64,000 nt of DNA from Moniliella sp. 'wahieum' (Eukaryota): assembly GCA_003971905.1 (NCBI GenBank), contig RSEE01000005.1:434001-498000 (forward strand), written 5' to 3'. Shown one piece after another: positions 50,002 through 63,694 of the stretch (within the stretch, counting starts at the first letter, position 1; the number at the start of each line of letters is the position of its first letter). The notes below the pieces were generated by a model. It had not been told where the DNA came from, searched no databases, and worked only from the letters and a program-made list of their open reading frames with translations. The position numbers and the translations under genes were made by a program.

Positions 50002-52136
50002 ATGCGCGGCATGTTGCGCTCCTCGCCGCTGTGGCGCGCTGCCACGCTTTCTCGCCGGCCCTGCCAGCCTGCCATCCGGGTGCCCTCGCTCGCTGTCCGG
50101 GCCCAGTCCTCGTCGCCGGCGGCGAGCAGACACCGACAGTTCTTCCTCTCGCCCCCAGACCCAAGCGGAGCGGGCCAAAGCCGTGCTGGCCAAGCTCAAG
50201 CGGAGAGACACTTCCATTGCCTCTGACTTCACCTCGCACGCCATCTGCCCGCTGGGTTTTCTACCGAGCGTCCCGAGTCGTTTGATGTGACGCCTGTCAC
50301 CACCCCCTTTGCCCGTGCCCAGCCGGAAAAAGTAGCGGAGGAACTGGCGAACGAGTCACTTGAGCTCGAGATGCACGAGCAAAACAAGGAGGCCAGTTTG
50401 GCGCAAATCAAAGCGTGGCACGAGGAGTACTTTTTGCCTGCTCGCCCGGCTGAGGGCGGCGGGTTGCGTAGTACCGCCGACTCGGTCCGCGGCGCATTTT
50501 CCCTCCTGTTCAGCTTCTTGGGCCGGGCAGTGCTGGTAGGCGCAGTGATCTGGACTGGCGATCATCTGTACCGCGGTGGGTGGATTGGGTATACCGAGTT
50601 TGTTGGCATTCCCAATGTGACTGCCGAGCCACGCGAGATGGTCGAGCACCGTGCCGACCCGTACGGCTGGAACGAGGACTTTATCTTGGACCATGCCTTT
50701 GCCTCGCTCGACGTGAAGGGTACCGCGTCGTCGTGGCCCTTGTGGGCGCGGCGCGACTTGGGTATGCATGGTACAGCCTGTGTACGGTGGGATGGTGCCC
50801 AAGGTACTGGTCAATGCCGGCCCCCAACGACCAGAGAACGCCATAGGGGCCGAGCTGTCCCAGTACCAATTGGAGAAGGCTAGGTACGCTGCCTATCTGC
50901 GTAGTCTGGCACGCGACAAGGGCATCAGCGATGCCGAAGGTACCATCACTGCTACCCTCGCAGCGATGGATGCCTACCCGGGTCGGTGTACCGCCTTCCG
51001 ACGGTGGAGAGTTTGCAAGACTCCTTCCCTGATGCGCATGAACTTGCAGCAAGTGCGATTGATGCGAATGCAGTGGCGCTACGGACCCAATTGAGTTTCT
51101 TGCGCACGCAGAAAGCCACCCCGAGTGCGTTGGAAGGAATTGTCAAGGACGATGGCAAGCTGGTCGAGTTGCTTCAATTTGTCGGGCCCGAGGGACAGCG
51201 GGCTTTGAAGGTGTTCCCGCAGCAAGTACCGCTTCTTGCCAACCGGGTCGCCGCCGCCCACGCCGATTTGGGCCGGTTCATCGTCGATTGAGTGGTACTA
51301 CAAGGCGTTGGCCTCCCTTCCTCCTGCCTCTTCCTCGGAGGGCGCCAGCCTCGCCTCCCCCGCTGTGGCCCGGGAGATGGTTACGTCCTTGTTGGGGCTG
51401 GCCAAGTCGTACGCCTGCCACCGCAACAAGAAGATGGGTCCCAGGGAAACTTGTTCAGCAAGGAAATGGAGCGGAACCTACAACAGTCGCTGCGGTACCA
51501 GACGCTGGCACTACGTATGGTACGCAACGAGCTGGAACAGTTGAGCGGTGGTGCGGCCATCGACGCTGCCGTGTCCGAAAAGAATGTGCGCCCGCACCCG
51601 TTGATCAGCGGTACGCCTGCCCCCGACCGGGCTGAGGTGGAACAGGCAGTGCAGAAGGTCGTCTCCTCCCGCCCCCTGACCATTTACAAGGAAGCCAGTA
51701 CGGTCAAGTTGGCAGAAACGATGGAGGAGGGCAAGCAGCTGTACTTTGCCTGGCTGCTAGCGCAAGACGCAACTGCAAGCATGCTTTGGGCCAAACGACC
51801 TTTGCTCTGAACCAGATCCAGTCGTCTGGACTGGTGGGCCGGACGGCTACCGCGCTCGGCCTCCGTTCGCCCCCGACCCTTGCCGAATCGGTGGGCTGGT
51901 TGACGGAAGCATCGGCGGATGCTCAGCGGATCTTATCCCTGCTCGCTGCATCTGATTCTTCGTCGTTGCGGGTCCCGGATACCGGCATGGTCGTCTCCGA
52001 GGGCACCGCCTTGGCCGAGCACTGGGTGCGCAATCCCGTCTACAACAGGGTCGCACTGGACCTGCTCCAAGCGGCCCAGTCAATGGAGAGGAGTGCGGAT
52101 GGGATGTTGTACATGTTGGGAGCCTCTACGGCCTAA
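50002..52136 (+). CDS. Hypothetical protein, probably mitochondrial membrane-anchored and helical-repeat-like
   Basis: Arg/Ser-rich presequence-like start (MRGMLRSSPLWRAATLSRR), a hydrophobic segment near 50490-50590, and a chain of coding-like frames joined by frameshifts to the stop at 52136. Confidence 0.55.
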
Positions 52137-52376
52137 TCAGTCTATTTTTTCTCACCAACAAAAGTATCCAATGCGCACATTTCTCTGCTGCTGGGATGGC
52201 ACTGTGCAGCTGGATATAGCAGGGGTCTAGTCATGGTTGCTGCGAACAATTGGCAGCTGTACTACTATCGATGACCGGAGGGTACACCTGTTGCATTTGC
52301 CAGAAAGCGGATGAAAATTGGGGGCCGCCGTGCCGCGTCCGACACGGCAGCTTGGCCGTAAGTACGCGCGGTGGGA

Positions 52377-55300
52377 TCAGCACAGCCTAGGCCCTGACAG
52401 ACTCGTACTGGGCTGGCTCCCCCATCTCCTAGCTCACAGTCTATATTCTGGTTCCGGTCGAACAGCTAGAGGGGATGGCAGTCAATCAATATCAAGATCA
52501 AACCTAGAAGGACATGTAGATTGTGCACCACGCAACAGCGGCATGTGGAGTAAAGAAAGCAGTGGCGAGCTATTGTGCCGACGACCAGGTGAGCAGTAAG
52601 CGTGTGTGAAGGCGTCGTAGGGACACTTGTTTCTCCATGGCTTCGAGGACGCGGTTGACCAAGCCTCGGTCTCGCGTCTGGAGAGCACGAGCAAGGATGG
52701 CATTGTAGGCAACAGTCCACGTGGAGAGCGGGGATGAAGGGAATCCATACGGCGAAGACAAGAGACGCCCAATCCCATGGAGTGCCTTGGTCACTTGCGT
52801 TTCAACCGGCTCCGCCTTGCCCTCCTTCTTCGAAGAGGCTTCCGTCGAACTGGGATCGGACCAGTCCACACCCTGGGCCATCTTGGCTGCCACCAATCCC
52901 AATTCCAGGTTGCCTGGCCGCACGCCCGTCGTTAGCATGGATCCGAAAATCGTACCGAGGTGAACGTGTTCCACATCCTCAAATGCCCGGAGAAGCTCAG
53001 AGTAAAAGAAGGACGTTGCTTCTTCGGTGCCGAGACGAGTAAACTCGGACCAGAGTGCCAGTGCCGCCCGCGCCTTACGGGTTGGACTGTCAGACTGTTG
53101 GTGAAGGGAATGAATCAAGGCACCATAAGCGTTCCCGCGAGGGAAGAGGCCTGCACGGAACAGAGCTTCCCGGTGGTTTGTCGCTTCGCTCGGTAGGTTG
53201 CAAAGGCCACAGGCGCAGATCATGGCGTTTTCCAACTCCCACCAGCCATTGGCAGCTGATCCCGGTGGCAGGGAACGAACAACGTGTAAACCCAGACCGT
53301 ACAGCTTGCGGGCCAGTTCAATCTTGGACTCGGTACCCGCCGCTTGGATCAGAATTCCGATTAGCCATGGCGGGGGGAACGTGCCCACCCTTGCCTCCCC
53401 CGAAACCACATCCTCTACCCAATTCCATACCGAATCCGGCAGCGGCGTAGTTTGGCCAAGCTGTCCTGCACATTCCCATGGATATACTCGTCAACTTCCT
53501 GCACCTCCGGGTAAGTTTGCGGAGAGGCACTTTCGTGGGCCACCCGAGCAGCGTGAAGATATACAAGGATCTCCTGCTCTGGGTCAAGGGGCGTATCTTC
53601 GGTGTAGTCCACCACAGGGCAGGGGGGCAGGGGCTCAGTCCTGTCCACATTCCACGGCTTGGCACGGATTAAATGTGCCAGACGCGGGTTCATCTTTTCA
53701 ATCAGAGACATGCTTTGCTCGTTTGGATAGCGGCAGAGAAGAACGTCAACCGCAGCGAAACCATTGGACGAAGGAGACGTCTCGTGGCTCTCTCGCCTTC
53801 CTCGGCAAGCTCGGACAGCCATTGATCCACGTCATCAATCACCCGACCCAAGCCCTGCGATACCACACGGTCCCAGTCGGGCTCCAAAAGTGCCTCCTCC
53901 GCAGCGAAGCTTTCCAACACGTGGGCCCAATCGTCCCGGCTAAGCTGGGCAAAAGGATGATGCGCCATCTCTTCCTTCGCAGGACGAAACCTTGGATTGG
54001 GGCGCCAGAAGTGGGTTGCCAAGCGGCAGCAGACCGGTAGAGATCAACGATGCACTCGTCCCAAATCTCCCTTCGTTCGTCTTCCAGGAGAACGGGTATA
54101 GCCTTTATTAGAGGACCTAAGCTCTTGAGTAGAATCACCAGCGATTGACCATATTCGTGAGACCTGTTACAGGCCTCAGAACCGGCTTGTTCCCCGAGGC
54201 CGATAGGAGCAGAAGGGTTGATGAGACAAGCCCTTTGAGCGGCGCCGATGATCAAGTCGGAAATCTCGGTGAGGAAGCGCACGCGCATCGCATCCGAAGG
54301 TCCCCCATCGTCCTCGAGAAGTATGACGAGGTCCAGAATTTGAGACGGCATGGCAGTGTTTACATCGGGCGGATCGATGGTGCGGTCCACCCAACGATAG
54401 GTCCATGTGATGAGCGCAGCCGCATCAGCAAGTTGCCCAGAGCTGACGCAATGCGTCGCGAGCGATAGGAGACGGGTGGCCAGCTGCGGCGCATCTGCCT
54501 GAACGTCTTCTGAGGTAGAAGAGTTGGGCGAGCAGCTTGACTCCAGTGCAGTCGTCAGGACAGGAACACATGGCAACAACGATCCAACTGCTCTGGGGAG
54601 AGAACGGAGAGTGGACCAGGCTCCGTCAGGCGGAACCACATGCGTAACCCGGCTTGAATTTCTTCAGGTTTGGGAGACGAATGCAAGTTGTCAAGTAGGC
54701 ACGCACATGCTCCACAAGTGTCTGCAGCGTACCCGACGACTGCGCGTCCTTCCAAACTGCGGCCGCTACCGGCTTGGACGCAGCTTGGCCACAGAGATTG
54801 GTAAGCCAGTCAACCATAACCGGAAGAGCGAATCGGAGTCCCTTTCGGTTCGCTAGAGCCAATTTGGATTGGAGAAGCGGCCGCACCAATCCACTACGGC
54901 CGCAGGCCCAGACGCCTCAGAGAGGCCAGCAATCATGACATCGATGGCACTCTGTGGGATGGGGTTAAAAAGTGCGAAAGAGGAAAACATCTGGCGAAAA
55001 AAGGCCTCGGCACCCTTCACATCTGAGCACAGGAAAAAGCCCTGCAGCATCGCAACTGTGACGATGGCAGGCTCGGTTGCAGGCTGGAGGCTGGTGGGGG
55101 GTACGGACGCTGTAAGCAAGTTGGTCGAGCCGGCGACGTGTTTGCGTTTGCCGCTTTTGGGCTTTTTGGCTTTGCGGAGGTTGTTGTTGGTCCAGTGGCG
55201 GGATGCATCGGAAAAGAGCAGGTGGAGCAGATGGAAGAATTGTTGCACCTCAGGGGTTGTTCCAGGCGAATGGGAGGAAGGTGCGCCTGAAAGGGGCATG

Positions 55301-55916
55301 TCGTGATGGTTGAACAGGGCAGAACCAAAAAGGGAACGCAGGAGGAAGAGGAAGCGCGCAGGGGTAAGCCAGTCCGACGGCAGGTCGGACCTCTCTTGAA
55401 GCAAAGCAAGGACCTGCATGCCGGCGCGCGCCAAGCCGTGCCGGGCGGACACTTCAAGAAGCGCGTCATATACAGACAAAGTTGTCGGAAGGCTTTCACA
55501 GACAGCATGGATAGCATTGAGCAGCGCAAGCGCCAAGTCAAAGTTGGTCGGATAGGTCGAAGGGTCGCAGCCGGGGGCCACTTGGGCCAGGGTGGCTGCG
55601 TCGGCGACAGCAGAAGGAGTGGCGAGAAGGGACAGTGCCAGCTCGGCTACGCGATCCGAGTGGCTGAATGCGCGACCATCATCCTGCGGAGAAGTCAAAA
55701 TGCCGGCGACGTCCTGGGCCAGACGTTGGGCATCGGCGAGCTCAAGCCGCGAGATGGCAGTGCCGGTGGTCGCATCGGTCGCAATGGTGCGCCTTGACGT
55801 GGCAAGGGACATGAGTGGCAGTGGTGGCCGTACACGAACACAGTGGCGACGCAGGGCATGCTGCCAGGCTTGCAGGCTGCCCGAAAATTTAAGTGGGGCA
55901 GCACGGGGGCTGTCAT
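52377..55916 (-). CDS. Pentatricopeptide-repeat (PPR)-like protein, probably mitochondrial
   Basis: PPR-like helical pairs: VYDALLEVSARHGLARAGMQVL, AMLQGFFLCSDVKGAEAFFRQM, AYGALIHSL, TIFGSMLTTGVRP, TVAYNAILARALQTRDRGLVNRVLEAM. Both ends approximate. Confidence 0.65.
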
Positions 55917-56451
55917 GAGGAAGAGGGTGGTTGATGGCGGTAAGAGAAGACCGCTTCCTTCTTCTCGCTAGTCTTCCGAAATGGAAATCGAAGTATTGGC
56001 TGCGTAATTATTTTCACGTTTCAGCGCGCACGCGGCTCACGACGGATTTTTGTACGACCTACGATCGATAGGGGCTGGGGCTTATTCTACACGACTGCCT
56101 ACATCTACACTTTCGTTGCAAGCCCCCCTGGCCTCCGCCACAGGAACACTGCAGCCCACGCGATTGCACGGCTAAAGAGGCGCGTCGCGCAAAAGCGATT
56201 CATTCCGTTTTCAAAGGTCCGCTGCCCGAACCAGCGTCTGCTGCGTTTTGCGCAGCAACATCTCCACAAACGCACCCCGTTCCACGCATCCGGCACGCGC
56301 GTCATGTTGGCTTGCAGCCCCAGCTCGGCCAGCCGGTCCGCCAAGGCGGCCAACTTGTCCAGTCCGAACCGTGCTATGCGCTGCTTATCGACTGGCGCGG
56401 CGTGCGCAGCGACGCCCATGCTCAGCTCGCCCCCCCACACCGTTGGCTCGG

Positions 56452-59400
56452 CTAGTGGGCATCGGGTTGGGCCATGTAAAAGTCAAAGTGCCGGTAGAGC
56501 AGGACAAGCAGTAACTCGATCACACTCAGGCTGTGCTCGATCGACCCTGCCAGCGTGCGTGCGCGCCGACGGAGCAGGCGGGACGCCAGGGCTGGCTGGC
56601 CTGCCGCCTCGGTCAACTCGGACGATGATAAGGTTCCTTCGATCCCAAGCAGCTCTTCCAGGTCATCCAGGCTGACTGTGGTCGGGTTTCCCGCCACGGA
56701 CAACACCTTGTCCAATCGCGACACTCGCACCGACAGTTTTCGAACTCCTCCTCCAGTGCCTGCATCGCCGTGCCCAGAGACGCAACCGACGTGGCCCGTT
56801 GCATTCCCATGCCCATACCCATGCCCATGCCCATACCCATGCCCAGTTGACCCGGCAAGACCTCCACTCCAGCGCCCAAAGCCTGCTGGGGGGCGATGGA
56901 CGAGCTGAGCACCGCCTTGATCGGGCGAGATACTGGTTTCCAACGGAGCAGGACGAGAGACAGCTTCGAGGTAGACCAGCAGGGCTTGTTGCAGCCTCTC
57001 GACTGCCACGAGTACCCGACGATCAAATACCGTCTGCCCATCCCGGGCAACCACTTGGCCGCATTGCACCCGCTCCGTTTCGGTTGCCGCTAGGACTCGA
57101 GGCCCCCAAGCCGGTTTTGCCAGGAAGCCTGCGGTGAGGGCCAAGAGTTGTTGGTGGTAATTGGGTGCGGGTGCCGATAGAGCCTGGGGTTCTAGAGACG
57201 CACGGAGCCCCAAGAGGATCACAAGCAAGTTGGCCTGCCGGACCTGGCTGATGGAGACAACATTGGTGAGGACGGCTTGGAGGAGAGCGGAGAGTGCCTC
57301 GGCTTGCGAGCCGAGCAACTGGGAGATGGGCTGGCTGGCCACCGGAGACAAACTGAGCATCGACGTGACCAATTCCAAAGCCGGGGTGAGCATGTCGGCA
57401 TACCGCTCTCGCGCCGCGGGAAGGAACCCCTCCATATCAGCGAACCCTTGATTGGACTCGGGCGAGGCGGCAATAAAGTCGGCAGAGGCAAGAACGTTGA
57501 CCAGTCCCAAGTCCAGCAGGGCCTCGACCCCTTGGCGTATGGTGGCCAGGCGGACAAAGAAGGTCATCTGAGCCTGGTAGATGTACAAGGCGATGACCGA
57601 ACTCGGATCCGGGCCCAGACACGCTTGGAGCGCCAAATCGGAATCGCGCAACGCTGCGACCATGGCTTTGAGGTAGCCCTGTTGGACCAGCACGCTCAGC
57701 ACGCGCGACGGACGAGAGGAGCGGGTTCCTTCCAGCGCAGCCAGCTTGTCCAGCAACGTGTACGACACTGCTTTCCACGCATCCGTCGCGTCCAACGCAT
57801 CCTTGGCCACCCGCATCACTAACTGCTCCGCACGTTCCGACAGAGTCATGCGCACCCGCAGCATAATCGTCGCCCCCGTCTGGGATCCCGAAAAGGTGGA
57901 GCCCACCAAAGAGACCGTCGTGGCCCCATCAATCGACGCATCGCTCTTTCCTTCCCAGTTCTCATCGCCCGCGGCGACAGAGCTGTCCTCCTTGTGGGCA
58001 AACTGGAGAAAGTTGATCAGGGCCGAGTACAGGTTGCCACGGGCTAAGATGGAGGTACCTGGTTGGAGGATGGAGGAGACGAGCGGAGGGTGAGCAGGAT
58101 ACGGTCGGCCGGGAACAGGTCGTAGCGCAGATCCGCCCGGTCCTTCGAGGTGAGCCGAAGCGAGGCAATCAGTTCCAACACTGCTCCCGAAACGATCTCA
58201 ACGATCGTCGGGTCCGGGCTGGAGGTGACGATGGGCAAAAGGGTGGTGAGGAGGGTGAACAGGACATTGATCCGTTCCTCGGACCGAAGCAAGGCGCTGC
58301 AGCGAGACAGCATCATTCCCAATGCGTGGCGCCAATTCTTGAGTGCAAGACGGCGCGCCAGGCTAATGGACTCGTGAGCGTTTTGGGCCACCATCCAACG
58401 GATCCAACGAGCCGCTTCCTTCTCAAACTGGTCGCGCGCCGCTGGGGTGGAGAGCTGTCCCTCGCTCTTCATCTCCTTGCGGGCCAGGAGGATGGTAGCA
58501 CGAGCCTTGTCCAGATCAAACGCCATGCCTTCTCCCCGTGCCATGTCGTCGTTGAGGGCCAGGAGCATGACCAAGCTCGACCGAAGCGTGTCCCGCTCGT
58601 CTTGCCATGTGAAGCACAGGCTGCGCAGCAGGTTGACCAACTGCACCCCCCCGGCACCCTGGGGGTCAATCAGCATGCCCACCAGGGGCATCGCCACATT
58701 CATCATCCCGGAATTGGTCACCGCATGGATCTGGAGCGCAATCATCTCCAACAGCGACGCCTTGATCCGCAGGTTGGCCACTGCCGCATTGACACTGGTT
58801 TGCACCACCATCTCGTCCGGGTACACTGCCTTGCCCACGCCCGTGTCCCGCTCCGTAGGGGCGTACGGGATGGCAGGCAGGTGGCTGACCAAAAGTTTTC
58901 GTACGTGCGCAGGTAGTGAAGTGTAGCCGCGCTCGAGTACGGTTCGGAGCACAAGTCCAGCAGCAATTGGAAGCAACGCTCGGTCAAGTCAGGGTGTTGA
59001 GCCAAGATAGCGGTCAAGCTGCCATTGTCCGGGCGGATGAGCGAGAGGAGGGTGGAGAGGACGGTAGGCTGGGTCGTTGGAGCGGATGGGTCGGGCAGGG
59101 GAGGCGCTTCGGCTGCTGTGGTCGACACGTCGAAACCTAGCAACAGGTGCGCCACATTCGGTGGCTGGAGACGAATGTGACCAATCAAAAAGTTGAGGAT
59201 GGCCATGCGGATGCTGCCTGGACGAGCGGCGGTCGTCTCGCCCAACGCCAATTGAGCTTCCTCTTCTTCCTCTTCCTCCTCAATCAGCGCCCCACCGTCA
59301 TCCGTGGCAAGATGATGCATGTACCCTGCTCGCACCCGCGGTGTCTCTCCCATCATCTCCAGCAAACCAGCGAGACGGTTGAGCTGTTTGCGGCCACCCG

Positions 59401-62180
59401 CTAAGCTAAACCGATCTGGGGCCGAGAAGGAGGCCGAGGAAGCAAGGTATCCCATCAACTGAATCGACAACATCGCTACCGAGGTCGAGGTGGCGTTGAT
59501 GTAGAGGGCAATTGCGCCGACGGTTGGACTGGAAAAGAGCAGGTGTCGGTCCAACGGGGCATAATTGGCCACTGTACCCAGACGGGAAAGGTCATGGGAT
59601 GCATCCGTCAGGAAGGGAAGCAGATCACGAAGGAAGCGGTCTTGCAGCTCAAACACACGCTTGAGGCACTGCATCGCCAACTTGATAGTCTGGGTGAGCA
59701 AGGCCGAGGAAGCCTTGTTGAGCACCTCAAAGCCCGTGTTCAACAGAGCGAAGACTTCCTTGGCCAGGCCTTCGTTGAGCAAAATGTCCTTGGCTATCAA
59801 AAAGCCCGGTTCCATCTCTAGGTGGGTCCCAGCTCCGGTGCGATCGAGTGTGCCGGGGGTGAGACGGAACTGGGTGAGACAGCGCAGGAAAAACTCGAGG
59901 CAGACCACCGTCACTTTCCACCGGTCCGTGGGGACGGCATACTCGCGTGCGGCAGCCTTGAGAAAGACATGCTGAACAACAAAGGTCACGTAGGAATCGG
60001 TACCCTCAGGGACGTAGGGGACCAAGGCGGTGAGGAAAGTAACGAGCGATGTGGTGGCCGGATACATCTTGCGCTTGGCCTCGACATGCTCCAGTTGGTA
60101 GATGGCGCCCGACGCATTGACTTGCCTACCCAAGATGGCGTTCCAAGACGATAAGCCAGTACCGAGGAGATCGGTCGAAGTGACGAGGGCCCAGATGTCC
60201 TGGCCCACGCGCGCCGCGCCCGGGTTGTCTCTCCGGGCAAAGGCAGCAAGCGCATCAAACAATGCGGCCTTGAGGTCAGCGTGGATGTGGAGCAAGGCAA
60301 GACGAAAGAGACTCTTGATGGCTTGAAAGTCGGGGTTCTCGTATAAGGCGGCGCGTGCGCCTTGCGAGTAGTACACCACATTGCGCAGCAGGTGTAGGAA
60401 GGCGACCAATTGATTGATCTCGGTCGGGTCCATCTCTTGCGTCGGTGTCACCTTTTGGAAAGTCTCGACATAATACTGCACCCATTCAAACAGCCGTGCC
60501 CAGGCGATCATCCGCGTCCCCCCCGCCTCCGACTGGGACAAGAGCTGGTGAGCGTGGGTGGCACTCTGGGGACCAGAAGCTAAGGCGCCCAGCATAGCGA
60601 GGAGCGAAAGTTGGTTCTTGGGATCGCGCGTGTCGATGGCCCAGAGGAGGAAAGGCGTTGGCCGGCCATTGGCATCGGACCAAAATGGTAGCCCAGACTC
60701 AGGACGGCCCGAGGTGAGGGTAGCGATCAGATCAAACAGCTGTTGCACGTCGTTCCGCTGGGGGGGCGGGGCTGTGTCAGGAGCGCGACCACGAGAGGAG
60801 ATGAAGGCAGCGTCTTCCTCGGCGCGTTGCACCCGCTTAAGCAAAGGAAGCATAACAACGGTCACGTTGTGAATCAACGATTGGACCTGGTCCAGAACAT
60901 AGCCCTGAAAGGGGGTCGATGTTGGCTTTAGTCAAGCCATCAGATGAAGTGGCGGGCTTCTCTTCGGGAGACGTTTGCCATACATCATCCTTGCGCTGTT
61001 CCGCGCGAAAAGCAAGCACGTCTAGGCTCAAAAAGGCAAACACACCCGATTGGATCGTCTTGCTGGCAAGTTCTTGCAGACGCTCTTGCTGTTTTTTCCA
61101 TCTCGACAACCGAACCTGCCAATGTGGGCAGCAGTTCCACCATGGTCAGGACCCACTGCAGTGCCAACGCCGAGCCAATCGCAGGCGTTTTCCAGCGAGC
61201 GGGCGTTGCGACCAAGTCAGTTACGTCCGCCACAAACGCCGCGTCATAGATTGCATCCCCGCGCGGCGCCAGGCGGTCAATGCGGCGGTCAGAACGTAAA
61301 TGGCATGGGCACCAAATTGAGGTGCGGTAACCTTTCCGAGCCAGGCCAAGAGGGCCCGGGTGTCCTTGGTGTGGAGCAAGCCGGAAAAGGCCAGGAGAGC
61401 AAGGACGTGACCAGCATCCTGGGCTTCTTGACGGATGCTGGTGAGCGCCTCGGAGATGAGATCTTCCGAAAAGAATTCCGCACTGGGTTGAGCCAAACCT
61501 TGCTGAGCACGCTCGGTCAGTTGTTTGCTCTGGCTTTCGACCGAGTCGAGGAGGGCAAGCAGCGAGCCAACGAGGTTCGTAGTGCCGCCCGTTGCATCGG
61601 GCACGTCCGTCTCGAGAAGCGAAACCAGGAACTTCTCCAATTGTGTGCCCAGCTCCCAGGATGAAGGGAGGTCAGGCTCAGTACGAATGGAAATGAAGCC
61701 GGTGAGAAGCTCTTTGAGCGTGCCGAGCAGTTCGAGCTTCTCGCGATGGAAGAGAAGCGAGGCAGTGTCGAGGCCACTTCGAGACCACTGCCACCGGTTC
61801 TCAAGGCCAACTTGGAGGAGGGATGCGGCGTATCTCTCTCGAAACGGAGAGGAACTGGGAGAGCTGAAGGGTCTGCTGGACAAACTCGGGCACGAGCGGG
61901 GTTTTGGTCGCGTCGACGGTGATGGAGCCTAGGGGCAGAGCAAGGAGGTAAGGACGTGTCCAGAAGGATGCGGAGAGTCAACGTACCGGACTGAATTTCG
62001 TTTCGTTCGGCGGGGTTCGGTGGGCGGACGGCGCGAGACGGGCGATGTCGGCGGATGCGGCATCGAGGGCGACGAGCCAGGGGAGGAGGGCGGCGGGCGA
62101 GAGAGGGAGGCGGCCTCGATGCCGTCAGCAACGAGCCGCTTGAGCGTGGCGAAGCGCTCAGGCACAAAAGTGGACGCCAT
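56452..62180 (-). CDS. NUP192: Nucleoporin Nup192/Nup205
   Basis: ~1900-codon helical protein, ATG 62180, intron ~61985-61932. Segments ASLLFHREKLELLG, LLKRVQRAEED, LEHVEAKRKMYPAT.S...LTAL, PNVAHLLLGFD, LHYLRTYENF, LRGNLYSALINF, L.RV.KDALDATD.WKAVS, YIYQAQMTFFVRLA resemble fungal Nup192. Confidence 0.85.
56805..56844. repeat. Hexamer microsatellite (CCCATR)n inside NUP192, encoding a GM dipeptide run
   Basis: cccatgcccatacccatgcccatgcccatacccatgccc. Confidence 0.75.
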
Positions 62181-62553
62181 CGCGAAGCGCTGTCCACGGG
62201 GGCGGCGGCAGAGGCAGCAGCAGCAGCAGGGGAAACGGCAGCGGTGGGGTGGTGGTGGTGGTGGAGGATGGCGGAGCCCGTTGTTTCTGGGCCAGTGGGA
62301 CGCGAACCGCACAGAGAAGTTGGCGGTGGGCGGAACGCGCGCATTCCGCCCTTGGGCGTGCCGCGCTCGTGACTTGGCCGTGTGCTTTGTCCCGAAGGGC
62401 CTAGTGAAGCGGTGGCCTCCGGCAACCCACAAAAAAATACGCTCGACGATTTATTTTGCCTAGGGCAGGGGGCATCAACCAGGCACCTGCTTGCCATCCA
62501 TCATCCTTCCTCCGCCGACCCTCCCCCCCCTCTGCTCCGCCGCGGCCATTGCC

Positions 62554-63694
62554 ATGCCCCCTCACCCGCCCCGCCACCCGTCCGCGTCTCCCCCCCCATC
62601 CGCATCCGCATCCGAGTCGGAGGGAGAGACCAGCGGGGACGACTACCAAGCGGCTGCTCTGGCGCAGCTGCAAGCCCACATGGCGGCCTCCTTTGGCCAA
62701 GCCAGTTCCTCCCGTCCCCCCCGGAGGACCGCGACGAGGAAGAATCCGAATCCGAATCCGAATCCGAAGCGGACAAGAACGACAGCGATGCTCGCAGCGA
62801 CTATGGGTTTTCCGACGGCAGCCACCCCTCGGAATCGGAGGAGGACACGGATGAGGAGACTAAGCGCGCACCCAGGACGACGACCAGGACGAGATTGCCC
62901 GGACGCTCGCCGCGCTCGATCGGCCTCATGCGCCGGCTCCCGCCCCCGCCCTGACACAAAAGAAGCGCAAGCAGATGCGCCAAGTGGGGTGCGGGTCAAA
63001 AAGCCCAAGACGAAACGGGGGTGGAAGTGGTGGTATTTGACGAGGGGAACAGTGAGGGTGCGAGTGCTGCGAGCGGGGCGCCAAGCATGTCGAGCCAAGA
63101 GAGGAGAAAGTTTATGGCGTCCCAAACGGCCAAGATGATGGCGCAGGGGTCAAGTTCCGGACCGGGGTCGTCGGCCGAGCCGCGTGCGACGGGAGAAGAT
63201 GCAGAGGAAAAGGAAAACAAGGCGAACGATCGGTTGCTCTCTGAACTGCTTGCCTCGACCCTGTTTGCGCCGGGGAGCGAGGCCGGCGGGGCATGGGCAT
63301 TGAGTGCCACTTCGGTCGGCAAGAAGAAGAAGAAGCCAGATTTGGCCGGGAACGGAACGTTGGCGCGGGTCCTGGAGTTGTCGGCGCCCGAGCATGTACG
63401 GGCCAAGAAAGGCGTAGGACGTGGGATGGGGGTGGAGGCGTTCCAGGCCCGGAAGCCGGTCGGAGGGCCAGAGGGAGCGGCGCGAGCGACAACGTGGTCT
63501 CAAGCGGCGGCAAGCGGAGGAGAAGACGCCCTGACTGAGCTCGGCATCCACACCAAAACTTTTGTGTCCAAGGAGAAGCGCGAGCGCACCCGTGACAAGG
63601 GCCTGGCATGGGTATTGGCAAGTTCCGTCAAGGTGCGCTTCACCTCTCTCAACGTGACATTGAGCGTGTGCAAGGGAAAAGTAAGAAACGGTAA
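62554..63694 (+). CDS. FAF1-like (C1orf131-like) 40S ribosome biogenesis factor
   Basis: Acidic N-region, VEVVVFD, ERRKFM, ENKANDRLLSELL, and C-terminal RERTRDKGL.MGIGKFRQGALHLSQRDIERVQG, resembling the Faf1 C-terminal motif. Frameshifts. Confidence 0.65.

Noticed and set aside
56070..56095. GGGGCTTATTCT, resembling the RNase MRP 3' conserved region
   Set aside because: No matching GGAAAGTCCCC-type CR-I partner visible upstream.
31048..62180. Mass pseudogenisation of NUP84, ELP1, NSE4 and NUP192
   Set aside because: Motifs are well conserved and the defects are indels without nonsense decay, so sequencing error is far more likely.
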